64,000 nt of DNA. Source: Octopus bimaculoides. Lineage: Eukaryota. A model generated the notes under the pieces. That model was not told the origin of the DNA, searched no databases, and saw only the letters and a list, made by a program, of their open reading frames with translations. Shown piece after piece: positions 37,721-49,870 of the stretch (position 1 is its first letter; the number at the start of each line of letters is the position of its first letter). The position numbers and the translations under genes were made by a program. The DNA is taken from the NCBI RefSeq assembly GCF_001194135.2, contig NC_068993.1:5660225-5724224 (forward strand), in the 5' to 3' direction.

Positions 37721-39018
37721 TACAATCTGTAAATGTATGCTTTATATATAGTCCTTTATTCGTGTCTGTAGGGTTGCATTTGGGCCCTGCCCGGGGAAAA
37801 GTAGCAACCGGTGATACTTAATCGCCTGGCAGGGCCTTCGTTCTCCTAAAATGTGAGGGGGCACTACTGTCGTGTTATGTTACCCCTACTCCACTCCGTT
37901 AAGTTTCGTCTCCCACTTACACTCACCAACTGTCACTACTTTTGTGAGTCCTACCACTATAGCCACGATCACTCTTACTATAACTTTTGTACGTAAACCG
38001 TCGACGCCTTCTTCTTCTTAGTAGTAGTAGTAGCTGTAGTAATAGTGGTTGTAGTAGTAGTAGTATCAGCAGTAGTAGTTATAGCTAATAGTTTCCAGTA
38101 GTAGCACTAATCTTCGTTCCTCCTTTCTCTCCAGGTCTCCTGCCTCACTGTCGTCCTCTTCCCCTCCCCAGGCGGCAGTCAGTTATCAAGAAATTTAGCA
38201 GTTGTTGTTGTTGTTGTTGTGGCGGTAGTGGTAGTGGTGGTGGCGGTGATGGCGGTGGTGGTGGTGATAGTATCTGTTGTTGCTGTGGTTAAACGTCGCG
38301 TGCACCGCGGGGTGGCGGTGTTGTTGGTGTGGTGATTTTGGTGGTGGTGGTAGTGGTACGTGTGCCTCTAGTTTCGTGTTTAACTACTACTACTACTACT
38401 ACTACTACTACGGCGTTTGATACTGCTGCTGCTGCTACTACGCCAGGTAAGACTAATCCGCCCCAGGTAAAGCTGGTCGGACAACCAGCCAATTGAACAG
38501 ATCGAAGTAGTGTTCAGCGTGAACGAAATATGTCGGTCATAGTTGCTAGTCTGAGAGAGAGAGAGAGAGATGCTTTTGTTGTTGATGTTGTTTATTTTTG
38601 TATTACTAGTTGCTTTTTTTTATTTGCTTTTGTTTACGTTGACACCGTCGTCATCGTCACCGTCGTCATCGTGGTTGTTGTAATTGATGATGATGATGAT
38701 GATGATATCGATCTAGCAATACAGCTCGGTGTAGTTGTAGGTGTTGCTGTCAATCTGCTTTACTGCCATTGTAGTTTTAAGAACAATATTAAGTATTACT
38801 AATAGATAATAATAATAGTAATAATAATAATAATTGTTATTATTAATTATTAAAATTTGTTATAACTAACACTAATTGTTGTCTTTGCCGAAATTCTCTC
38901 TTACTGACGAATGTGCAGTAGTGGTCAGTCGAACTTTATTCCTCTTGTCCCTTGGGCTTGATGCATTGTTGGTCACGATGTTAACAACGTTAATACATTG
39001 GTCAAGCAAAGACAATAC

Positions 39019-39201
39019 GATATTCACACTGGACACACGTTTTGTCTTCCCGCTGCACGCCTGTCCTGACGTCACACTGGTCACCTGTCCAGTCTCCACG
39101 CTGCACACCTGTTCTATATTCACACTGCTCAGCTTTTCTGTATCGACAATGGTCATCTGTCCTGTGTTTGCGCTGATCACCTGGTCACTCCTCACCTGTT
39201 C
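39019..39201. repeat. Degenerate 24-bp minisatellite (7 units plus one 15-nt partial unit)
   Basis: Minus-strand units read DQVISANT/GQMTIVDT/EKLSSVNI/EQVCSVET/GQVTSVTS/GQACSGKT/KRVSSVNI, with no frame-breaking indels. Confidence 0.8.
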
Positions 39202-39507
39202 ACTCAGGACGGCCATCTCTATCTTTCACCTTAATTGGATCTTCATTTATTTATTCATTTATTCATTTTTTTCTTTCTTGTCTTTACAAAGCATATCGCG
39301 AGAAACAATCTGTAAATACAATAAAAAGAGAACGAGATTAATAATAATTAATCAATAAGAGAACGAGATTAATAATAATTAATCAATCAATCACTTAAAA
39401 TTCGATAAGACAAGGACAACAGCGATAGGAGAAAGTTTTAGCGATGGTATTTACCAATGGAGGCTCTCACTACTAAAACAAAACAAAAATGAATAAAAAA
39501 CGATATA

Positions 39508-39681
39508 TCCTTTCCTACTCTAGGCACAAGGCCCGAATGTTTGTGGGGAGGGGCAGTCGATTAGATCGACCCCAGTACGCAACTGGTACCTAATTTAACG
39601 ACCCTGAAAGGATGAAAGGCAAAGTCGACCTCGGCGGAATTTGAACTCAGAACGTAGCGGCAGACGAAATACCGCTAAGTA
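39508..39681 (-). mobile_element. SINE family A copy, head truncated
   Basis: TAGGCACAAGGCCC...ATCGACCCCAGTACGCAACTGGTAC...GGATGAAAGGCAAAGTCGACCTCGGCGGAATTTGAACTCAGAACGTAGCGGCAGACGAAATACCGCTAAG. Confidence 0.9.
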
Positions 39682-39859
39682 TAATTAATCCGTTCCAGCC
39701 CCACAAAAAAAAAAAAAAAAGAAAAAACACTCAAAAAGAATTTTTTATGGGCTTTAAAACAGAAAAGGTGTGGTTACAAGTAAAATGATAATTATAAAAA
39801 AAAAGAGAATGCAAAAGAAATATGTAAACGAGTTTTATCAACAGAATTACCTTAAAGAT

Positions 39860-39985
39860 GGAACGATTTGTGTGCTCGTACAGCAGAATTCTGCTCGTAG
39901 TTCAAGACAAAGGTTCGCACGAGTCTCGGCTCGTACAGCAAGCTACTCGTACAATGGGGCACTCGTACTGTGAGGTTCTACTGTA
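39860..39985. mobile_element. One end of a Tigger/pogo-like element with subterminal CTCGTA repeats
   Basis: Ends GAGGTTCTACTG-TA (reverse TA-CAGTAGAACCTC). Five direct CTCGTA motifs; the last three are spaced 16 bp apart. Confidence 0.6.
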
Positions 39986-40183
39986 ATTTACCTGTCAGGT
40001 TAATAACTCTCAGAACTGTTGGCAATAACATTGACCAGAGATGTGTGTTGATGCGTTCCTCAACATTTTCAATGAAACGATAACGACATGGATAGTTGCT
40101 TGGTTCGGTTGGTAGATGGACTTAGAGAAACCGACTGAAGCATTCAGCTGATATGGTTTGTCTTTTATTGTTTGTATTTCCAG

Positions 40184-40355
40184 TTCCTACCTGACAAGCA
40201 GGCCATACTGACATCACGTGTCAAAGGTGAAAGGTCAGAAGCGCAATCTATAGTTTCGTTTCTCCTCGTCGTCGTCGTCTTTGCTATATCTGAATCAAAT
40301 TCGTGGGGAAAAAAGGAGTGGGAGCGGAAAACAAAACAATGTAGATGGAGTAAAG
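40184..40355 (+). CDS. Candidate internal exon, unknown product (unverified)
   Basis: Acceptor GTTTGTCTTTTATTGTTTGTATTTCCAG| and donor AAG|GTGAGT. 172 nt, one frame fully open: FLPDKQAILTSRVKGERSEAQSIVSFLLVVVVFAISESNSWGKKEWERKTKQCRWSK. Confidence 0.25.
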
Positions 40356-40579
40356 GTGAGTAGGGGTCGTGGTGATGGCGGTGGTGGTGGTGGCGATGGT
40401 GGTGGTGGTGATGGCAATGATGTGGGAATGTGACATGTTGTTTTATCTTTCTGTAGATGTGTGTGTGTGTGTGTATGTGAGCGTATATGTGTGCATGATT
40501 ATGTGTATGTATGTATATATATGAGTGTGTGTCCCTGAGAAAGTACATGCATGTAGGTGAGAGATAGATTGATACGTGC

Positions 40580-40629
<50 letters not shown>

Positions 40630-41359
40630 CAGGAAGAGAGAAAGAGAGGGAGCGGAAATGTCCCAGACCGAATGTTATTTTTTCTCTAAATAGTGTGCAT
40701 GTGTATGTATGTGTATTTCTGTACGTGTGTATATGTCTGTATTTTCGTGTGTGTATGATGTATATGTTTGTAGATCTATCTACCCCTTTCTCCCTCTGTC
40801 TGTCTATCTATCTATCTATCTATTTTTTCTATCTATCTACCTACCTATCGCTCTACATATATATATATATATATATATATATANNNNNNNNNNNNNNNNN
40901 NNNNNNNNNNNNNNNNNNNNNNNNNNNNNNNNNNNNNNNNNNNNNNNNNNNNNNNNNNNNNNNNNNNNNNNNNNNNNNNNNNNNNNNNNNNNNNNNNNNN
41001 NNNNNNNNNNNNNNNNNNNNNNNNNNNNNNNNNNNNNNNNNNNNNNNNNNNNNNNNNNNNNNNNNNNNNNNNNNNNNNNNNNNNNNNNNNNNNNNNNNNN
41101 NNNNNNNNNNNNNNNNNNNNNNNNNNNNNNNNNNNNNNNNNNNNNNNNNNNNNNNNNNNNNNNNNNNNNNNNNNNNNNNNNNNNNNNNNNNNNNNNNNNN
41201 NNNNNNNNNNNNNNNNNNNNNNNNNNNNNNNNNNNNNNNNNNNNNNNNNNNNNNNNNNNNNNNNNNNNNNNNNNNNNNNNNNNNNNNNNNNNNNNNNNNN
41301 NNNNNNNNNATATATAAAACATATAGCAGCGTACGTTCACTTTGGTCTCTTCTATGTAA

Positions 41360-41403
<44 letters not shown>

Positions 41404-42131
41404 AGAGAAGAGAGAGTGAGAAAGAGGGGGAAAGAGAAAGAAATAAAGAAAGGAGGGTCGAAACACGGTGACAAAAATTTCGGGGAAAAATGTAAAAAAA
41501 ATAAATTGCGTTTGCAAAAAGAAATCTTCTCGACTTTTTATTCTCTGTGCTTAGACATAAATAAACTTGTCTAACTTTTCTTTGCGTTTCCTTTTTGCTG
41601 CTTTTAATAGTCACATATGTCTTGTTGTATAAACCAACGGGTAGGTTTTTTTTGTTGTTGTTGTAACAACCATTGTAGATCGTACAGAAAACTTTGGTGA
41701 AACATTTATTTTTTGCTGTTAGTTTTAGCTTCGTTCTAGATTTATGGCACCAAAACAAAGTGGTTCTTTATGAACTGCGCATACGCGTACATCCTACATA
41801 TACACAAAAGTACATATTTACATACACATCTACGTACATAGACGTACATAAATTCAACATCTTCCCCCCCTCTCATTTGTTTCATAACAACTCATTCACT
41901 CTTTCTTTCTGCTTTTCTTTATTTCCATATCTTTATATGTTTAGTCCCCTCTTTTTCACAAATACACCCCCCCCCACAAAACTATCTTGGTCACTTTTTA
42001 TCATTACTGTCTGACTGTCTTTACCTTTCTCCCAATTTCTCTTCTGCTCTGTATACTCCTCTTTGTACTTTTATATCTAAATTTGTCTATCTATCTATCC
42101 TTATCTATCTATCTATCTATCTGTCTGTTTG

Positions 42132-42164
<33 letters not shown>

Positions 42165-43144
42165 TTCACTGGCAGGATTTGAACCAAGCACTGCAAGCCC
42201 AGAAACAACACACACACATTCATTTATTTCTGCAATGCTTACATCTGTGAATTATCCTAATTCAAATCTAGGTGAAGCCGGCCGTTTAGAGCTAAGTGTT
42301 TTGTCCACGAATACAACCCGTTGTCCTCAGATCAATGTTTCTTTCCATATAGATTCAAGAACTAGAACCTTCAAAATATTAGATTTTTAAACAAATTCTA
42401 TTCATTCGTGAACATTACTCTTGTTGGACGAATGACCTCAAAGAATAGCGAAACAGACCATCTGTGTTTCGCTTCCGCTATTGCCACATAAATGTCGATC
42501 TTTTCCTGGGTCGATAAAACAAAATATCAGGTTAAAAAAACCTGACGTCGATTAACTTCACTACATCACCTTTTCTGTGAGTGTATGGCAATGCTATAAA
42601 AATCATTATTTCATTTACTTTTACATATTCACCTTTTATATCTCGCTTTTTTTCTGTAGAAAACAAATTTATAGATTGTTCGCCTCTCTTATGGCCTTGT
42701 GCCCACGTTTAAAATTCATTCTATTATGTTTAAAAGAGAAACATTGAATATGGAAACAATAGGCACGAAAACAGAGGTTCCATGTGTTGTATTGTTTTCT
42801 ATAGTGTCTCTGTGTTCTGTTCTCTATTACTAGGGAATAGTATTAGGTATGGAGAAACTATCGGCAATTGTATAACATAGTCAGGCACAAAAGACATTAT
42901 TTGATGTATAGCGATACTATAGGTAATAATGTAACATATAGTAACGCTATAAACATTATAGTACTCATCAGAGGGAGCCCATAGATAATAGTATAATACG
43001 TAGAGCTACAACAAACCAACGGTTTCTGATCTTTTTATTCAATGAAGCGGTTTCATGCAAGACAATTTTTCCTCGGACCGGTGGGGTCACAAACAACAGA
43101 TCACAATGGAGTGTATAATATATAACTTAGTTATTGTATATATA

Positions 43145-43400
43145 AAACTGACGTTCCGTCGATTATGGCGATGAGGGTTCTAGTGCAAGTGGCTGAACAC
43201 TCCACAGACACACGTACTCTTAACGTAGTTCTCAGGGAGATTCAGCGTGATACACAATGTGACAAGGCTGGCCCTTTGAAATATAGGTGCAACTCATTTT
43301 TGCCAGATGAGTGAACTGGAACAACGTGAAATAAGGTGTCTTGCCCAAGGACACAGCGTGTGGCCGAGTATCGAACACACGACCTTAACACGACTTTACT
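43145..43400 (-). mobile_element. tRNA-derived SINE, family C
   Basis: AAGGCTGGCCCTTTGAAATATAGG...CATTTTTGCCAGATGAGTGAACTGGAACAACGTGAAATAAGGTGTCTTGCCCAAGGACAC...ATCGAACACACGACC. Homologous to 3850-4063. Confidence 0.85.
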
Positions 43401-43538
43401 GCTTATTACGCTCTCTGCTCGACTGACGCTTTTTTCTCAAGCATTTGCCTATTCAGTTCTGACACCAGGTTATTAGTATTGCTATGCCTAAGCAAAATAT
43501 GGACATATCTGTCTGCATACATATAAGTCAATATAACT

Positions 43539-43579
<41 letters not shown>

Positions 43580-44354
43580 CACAATCTCTCTCACACATAC
43601 ATACACACATACATACNNNNNNNNNNCACACACACACGCACACACACAATCTCTCTCACACATACATACACACATACATACATACACACACATACATACA
43701 TACACACATATACATACACACATGCTATCTCTCTCACACACACGCACGCACACACAAACATATGCACACGCAAACACACGCTCTCTCTCTCTCTCTCTCA
43801 CATACATGCACACACATGCTCTGCTCTCTCTCTCTCCCTCTCACACACATCCTTTTAGAAAAAAAATTCTTAATAATTGTGTTTTCCTAAAAACATAGAA
43901 CGAAAAAAAATAGATAAATATGAAATGTAACCAAATACCAAAAAATACAAGTAAATAAAATTATTATATAATAAGCGAAAAAAAAAAGAAGCAAACGAAA
44001 GCAACAACAAGTAAACAAAAGAAAAAACAAACATAAACAAAAGAGAATGTTAATGTTAAGCTTCCAGGTATTTTCAATCGATTTCTTTTTCTCTGCGTAT
44101 TCTCATATTCCTTATTTATATTCAAAGAATACTTTTTAGTGAACAGGTGCAAATAATCTATCTTTGAAATATGTTATTGTCGAACTAAAGATAGTAGCAG
44201 ATGGCCCCGTAAATAGGGTTCAAAATAAAAAGACGAGTGGGGATTGGCTGGTGGTTCGCCTCTTGTCTCGTCCTTTCCTCGACGGCCTAATCTGCCTAGC
44301 TATGAATATGCTTGTGTTGGTATTAATATCTATTATCCATTTAAGGCAGCCAAT

Positions 44355-44690
44355 TGGCAGAACTTTATTCTATCATTCGCTGAGGGATGAAAGGCAAAGT
44401 TGATCTGAGCGGGATTTGAACTCAGGACGTAAAGAACCAGAAGAAATGCTGCAAGGCACTTTTTTCCCGACACTAAGTATTTTGCCAAATGATGATGATG
44501 ATGATGAGGATGGTTTCTGATTTGGGCATAAGACGAATAGATTTGAAGAGAAGGGGATTAGTCGATGTAATCAATCCAACCGTTACCATATTTTGTCGAC
44601 CCGCAGGAAAGAATGAAAGGCAAAGGTGACCAGCTGGATTTGAACTCAGAACATTAAGAACCAGAACAAGTGCAGCCTAGCAGTTCTTTT
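44355..44690 (-). mobile_element. Head-to-tail pair of degraded SINE family A copies
   Basis: Two GATGAAAGGCAAAG...GATTTGAACTCAG blocks separated by (GAT)n. Confidence 0.75.
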
Positions 44691-45397
44691 CTGGTTCAAA
44701 CCATACTATCTACTAAAAACCATCCATTTATGGCTATGCTTTTCTCCCTAGTTTACCTGCTTTAACAATCATCATCTTATTTAACTCCAAGAAGCAGCGT
44801 CTGATCTTAAGGTACTTCTTTTTATATTATCATCACTACATGACCGATAAAAATATTATTAAAACTACAGGTTTCTGATGTTTTCATGGCTATATTAAAG
44901 CTCTCGATTTCAATTATATTGCAATAGGAGGCGTTTTGTAGTTGAGATGATCTACAAAGGACAACCCCATAGTTTTATTGGTATCAGATTCTACTTCTTT
45001 AAGCATTTGGTATTTCACTATTGGTAAATTTTATTATATTACTCTTTTTCTTCCTCCAGACGTCTTTAAGCGTGTGCAAATATGCATGTGTATACAGTAC
45101 ACGCACACTCATACACACATAGATACATGCATATATTTATCACTATGTGTGTGTGTGTGTGTATTTATTATGTAAGTGAGTCCAATAACATGAATACGGT
45201 TGAAGACGTTCGCAATAATATTGCGTCAGCAGCCGAAATAAATGAATAATGATGCTAGGTGAGATGGGGCGGGAGAAGGGGGGGGACAAGAACGAATTAA
45301 ATAAACAAAGAAATGGTCTTTCCTTCATTTCTTTCTTTGTACATNNNNNNNNNNNNNNNNNNNNNNNNNNNNNNNNNNNNNNNNNNNNNNNATATAT

Positions 45398-45443
<46 letters not shown>

Positions 45444-45784
45444 GTACATGCTTACACTCACAGACTCACATGTAATTTATAAAGTTAAATAAATCCTCAA
45501 TCGCTATTATAGCAACAGAGCATAACATTTGAAAGGAATAGCAGAAATATTCAGCAGTTAACATATTGTATATATTAATAATAAACGCGTGCACGCGCGC
45601 ACACACATGCACACACATTTGCATATACACACCACACACTTGCATATATACACACGCATATTTGTGTGGGTTATGCAACTTCAATTTTGTTTGGTCTCTG
45701 CAGTTTATTTTAACATCTTTTTCTGTCATCGCTTACTAGAAAACGAACATCGAACGTCGAATTTGGTGATATGATGCGCTGAAA

Positions 45785-45829
<45 letters not shown>

Positions 45830-46770
45830 NNNNNNNNNNNNNNNNNNNNNNNNNNNNNNNNNNNNNNNNNNNNNNNNNNNNNNNNNNNNNNNNNNNNNNN
45901 NNNNNNNNNNNNNNNNNNNNNNNNNNNNNNNNNNNNNNNNNNNNNNNNNNNNNNNNNNNNNNNNNNNNNNNNNNNNNNNNNNNNNNNNNNNNNNNNNNNN
46001 NNNNNNNNNNNNNNNNNNNNNNNNNNNNNNNNNNNNNNNNNNNNNNNNNNNNNNNNNNNNNNNNNNNNNNNNNNNNNNNNNNNNNNNNNNNNNNNNNNNN
46101 NNNNNNNNNNNNNNNNNNNNNNNNNNNNNNNNNNNNNNNNNNNNNNNNNNNNNNNNNNNNNNNNNNNNNNNNNNNNNNNNNNNNNNNNNNNNNNNNNNNN
46201 NNNNNNNNNNNNNNNNNNNNNNNNNNNNNNNNNNNNNNNNNNNNNNNNNNNNNNNNNNNNNNNNNNNNNNNNNNNNNNNNNNNNNNNNNNNNNNNNNNNN
46301 NNNNNNNNNNNNNNNNNNNNNNNNNNNNNNNNNNNNNNNNNNNNNNNNNNNNNNNNNNNNNNNNNNNNNNNNNNNNNNNNNNNNNNNNNNNNNNNNNNNN
46401 NNNNNNNNNNNNNNNNNNNNNNNNNNNNNNNNNNNNNNNNNNNNNNNNNNNNNNNNNNNNNNNNNNNNNNNNNNNNNNNNNNNNNNNNNNNNNNNNNNNN
46501 NNNNNNNNNNNNNNNNNNNNNNNNNNNNNNNNNNNNNNNNNNNNNNNNNNNNNNNNNNNNNNNNNNNNNNNNNNNNNNNNNNNNNNNNNNNNNNNNNNNN
46601 NNNNNNNNNNNNNNNNNNNNNNNNNNNNNNNNNNNNNNNNNNNNNNNNNNNNNNNNNNNNNNNNNNNNNNNNNNNNNNNNNNNNNNNNNNNNNNNNNNNN
46701 NNNNNNNNNNNNNNNNNNNNNNNNNNNNNNNNNNNNNNNNNNNNNNNNNNNNNNNNNNNNNNNNNNNNNN

Positions 46771-46802
<32 letters not shown>

Positions 46803-47509
46803 AATCCGTGCACATATATATGTGTATGCATTTTTATGTATACATATAAGTACGCATATACTTATATATATATACGAACCCACATCTGTAGATATGACAG
46901 GAGCATTACCATTGGTCCAAAGAGAAAGTGTAATAATTCTTATTTGGAATAGCGGTTCTCGAAACTCATCACATATAAACACAGACACGTGCACACGAAG
47001 TTACACACTTATGCATGCACAAGATGATAAACGCATCTAACTTGAATACAGCAATAATCATATACCTCCGTTTGAAGAAACTCTGATATAAGACTATATT
47101 AATTTTAGAACCAAAATATCTTTACTTTTAAATCTCGTTCGTAATGTTCTGCATTTAACCTTAGGTCGCAGGTCATCTACATTGCATACTGGAATCTTAG
47201 TAGTTCTAAATGAATCACAAAGACTTCGAATTTTCAACAGGAAGCTGTTAGTATAGAATATCCTTCCTTGACTGTTTCTAGTTTACAGCTGCTACCAGTC
47301 AAGCCAGTTATGTTACTTCATGTAAATATTCTTTCACCGACAATAAACTCTTTGATAGCAATCGAACCATTGAAGAGACCTCAAAGTGGTCGCTTGAACG
47401 CGAAGAAATAGCAGCCAACATCTTGGTTAAATCACACCATGAAGTGATTACCACAGTAACTACCACTGTGATATTCTCTGTTACTATGATACAGTAACAG
47501 TAATAGTAA

Positions 47510-47546
<37 letters not shown>

Positions 47547-47599
47547 TGTGGTGGTGGTGGTGGTGGTGGTGGTGTTCAGAAGAGCTACTATCATAGATA

Positions 47600-48624
47600 T
47601 TCTTGTGTTAAGAGCACAAGGTTAGAAATTTTGGGGAAGAAAGTTAATCGATAGTATTAATTCAGTTTCTGAACTGATTCTTTTATCCCCGGTGAGATGA
47701 AAGGCAAATCTGACATAGTCAGGATTTGAACTTAGAATGCAAAGAACCAGAAGTAATATCACAAAGCATTTTGCTCGACGCGCTAATGATTCTGCCAAGC
47801 TACAACCCTTGTAATAATTGTTTCTGATGTACCGTGTTCTCCGGCATACAAGTCGGTGTAATATATAGTGCAAACATGGAATGTAATGATTGAAATATCG
47901 TTACAATCCTTCCAAATTCTGCTGCATTTCACATAGAGTTTTTGCTTTTCCAAAGTCGTCTCGGCGTATAAGTCGACTTATCTTTTTTAGCTGTAAATGT
48001 TTAACTGAAAAATTCGACTTGAATACCGGAAAATACGTTAGATAAGAGCCCAGAAAGTTTTAGGGAATGTGTTAGTTGATAATATCGATCCCGTTATTTG
48101 ACTGGTACTTTATTTTATCGATCCTGAAAAGATGAAATGCAAAATCGACTTCGGTGAGATTTGATCTCAGAACATTAAGAGTTGGAAGAAATACAAACCG
48201 CTACTATTGTCGTAATAATGGTTTCAAACATTGACACAGGGTCAGCAGTTTTTGAGAGGAGGGGGAGATTGATTACATCGACCCCAGTACGCAACTGGTA
48301 CTCATTTTATCGACCCCGGAAAGATGAAAGGTAAAGTTGGCCTCGGCGGAATTTGAACTCAGAACGTAAAGACAGACAAAATGCCGCTAAGCATATTGCC
48401 CAGCCCACCACCAGTAGTAAGAAGCCTTTCTACTACAGGCACAAGGCCTGAAACTTTGGGGGAAGGGGGCTAGTCAATTACATCGACCCCAGGGCTTAAC
48501 TGGTACTTATTTCATCGACCTCAAAGGATGAAAGGCAGAGTCGACCTCAGCGGAATTTGAACGCAGGACGAAATGCCGCTAAGCATTTTCCCCGGCGTGC
48601 CAACGATTATGCCTGCTCGCCGCC
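47600..48624 (-). mobile_element. Cluster of four same-strand SINE family A copies
   Basis: Copies at about 47600-47800, 48041-48195, 48220-48403 and 48423-48624, each with ATCGA.CCC..AAAG.ATGAAA.G.AAA..CG and ATTTGA.CT.AG blocks. Confidence 0.85.
47832..48038. mobile_element. Complete pogo/Tc2-like MITE with TA TSD
   Basis: Left end TA-CCGTGTTCTCCGGCATACAAGTCG; right end CGACTTGAATACCGGAAAATACGT-TA (reverse ACGTATTTTCCGGTATTCAAGTCG). Confidence 0.75.
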
Positions 48625-49196
48625 TTCACCGCTTGTAATAATAATAGCTACCATTATAACTTCAGTCGTGTGTTGACAGCCATTACTGCTGTTAATAGCC
48701 GTTATTATGGTTCCAATTACATTTTATGGAAATAATTATATTTTATGCAATACATGATCGCTCATAAGAAACTACTTTTAGCAGTTTCAAAACAATTTGG
48801 ATATTTTCGCTTCTAAAGAGACACTTTGACTTGTCTAACGATCTAATAATGTAAAGATCACGGTCTAAACTTAGTTTAATCCGTATCAACTTTAGAATGA
48901 TTAGAACTACATTATCCCAAATTTATTGTTTGCATATCCAGAGTAAATAAATTTTATCGTGTAAATTTGTCTGAGTATTTGAAGGATATTTTATCATAGA
49001 ATCGAGACCATGTTAATTAGTTAATTCTCTCTAATAAATTTTTAGGATACATTGTGATTACTATGTTTATGGCTCGTAACATGTAATACTTTACTGAAGC
49101 TGGATAATAGAGATTAACTGCCAACAGTGAAAGCTATTTATGTAGTAATAACGTAATGTTAATACTTATTTGATGTCGTAATGATTGTTATTCTAG

Positions 49197-49349
49197 CAAT
49201 GGTCGCTACTACACTATTATCTACCTATTGTACTAATGTGTACTGCTACTGAAATAATTGCGGGATTGTTTTACCGTTTAGTGAAGGCGGGAGCAACAAG
49301 AATCGTCACCCGCCTCTTCATGGCATCCGACATTCATGAGAGGAAAGGA
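49197..49349 (+). CDS. Candidate exon, unknown product (unverified; an alternative minus-strand reading lies nearby)
   Basis: Acceptor GATTGTTATTCTAG| and donor GGA|GTGAGT. 153 nt, phase 0-0: QWSLLHYYLPIVLMCTATEIIAGLFYRLVKAGATRIVTRLFMASDIHERKG. Confidence 0.17.
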
Positions 49350-49759
49350 GTGAGTTAACTTCGGACCAGAGTCCAAGTCTGAATGCTTACAACAGAATGA
49401 ACTCCGCTAAAAGAATCCAAGACCCAAGTGAAGTCACTGGGGTGGTGACTGCTCCTGGGGTGGTGAGTGCTCCTGGGGTAACAGTTGATATTGTGGTAAT
49501 TATTGCTTCAGTGGTAATAGCTGTAACACCTTATAGATTTATTCAGGTTTCAATGTCATTGTTCTGTTTCTGAAAATGGCAAATGGAACAAACCTCCAGA
49601 AAATAAAGCCATGATCTACAAACCGAGTTTCGTGTCGTTTAAATTCAGAGAAATTTCTCTGAAATATATAATGAAAAAATATCATTTGTAAGCATTTCGT
49701 TAAAAAAATGATAATCGTAATAATATTCCTTTCTATAATAGGCAGAAAGCCTGAAATGT

Positions 49760-49870
49760 TGAGGGATGACAGGTAAAGTCGGTCTTGGAGGAATTTGTAC
49801 TGAGAATATAAAACCGAAATTAACGCTGTTAAGTATTTTGTCCGTCGTGCTAATAATTCTGCTAACTCAC
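49760..49870 (-). mobile_element. SINE family A fragment
   Basis: GGGATGACAGGTAAAGTCGGTCTTGGAGGAATTTGTACTGAG...GTGCTAATAATTCTGCTAACTCACC. Confidence 0.7.

Noticed and set aside
38135-38446. Exon-like segment with branch point, strong acceptor and CAG|GTAAGA donor
   Set aside because: All three frames stop before the donor and the interior is trinucleotide low complexity. At best it is non-coding, and this cannot be supported from sequence.
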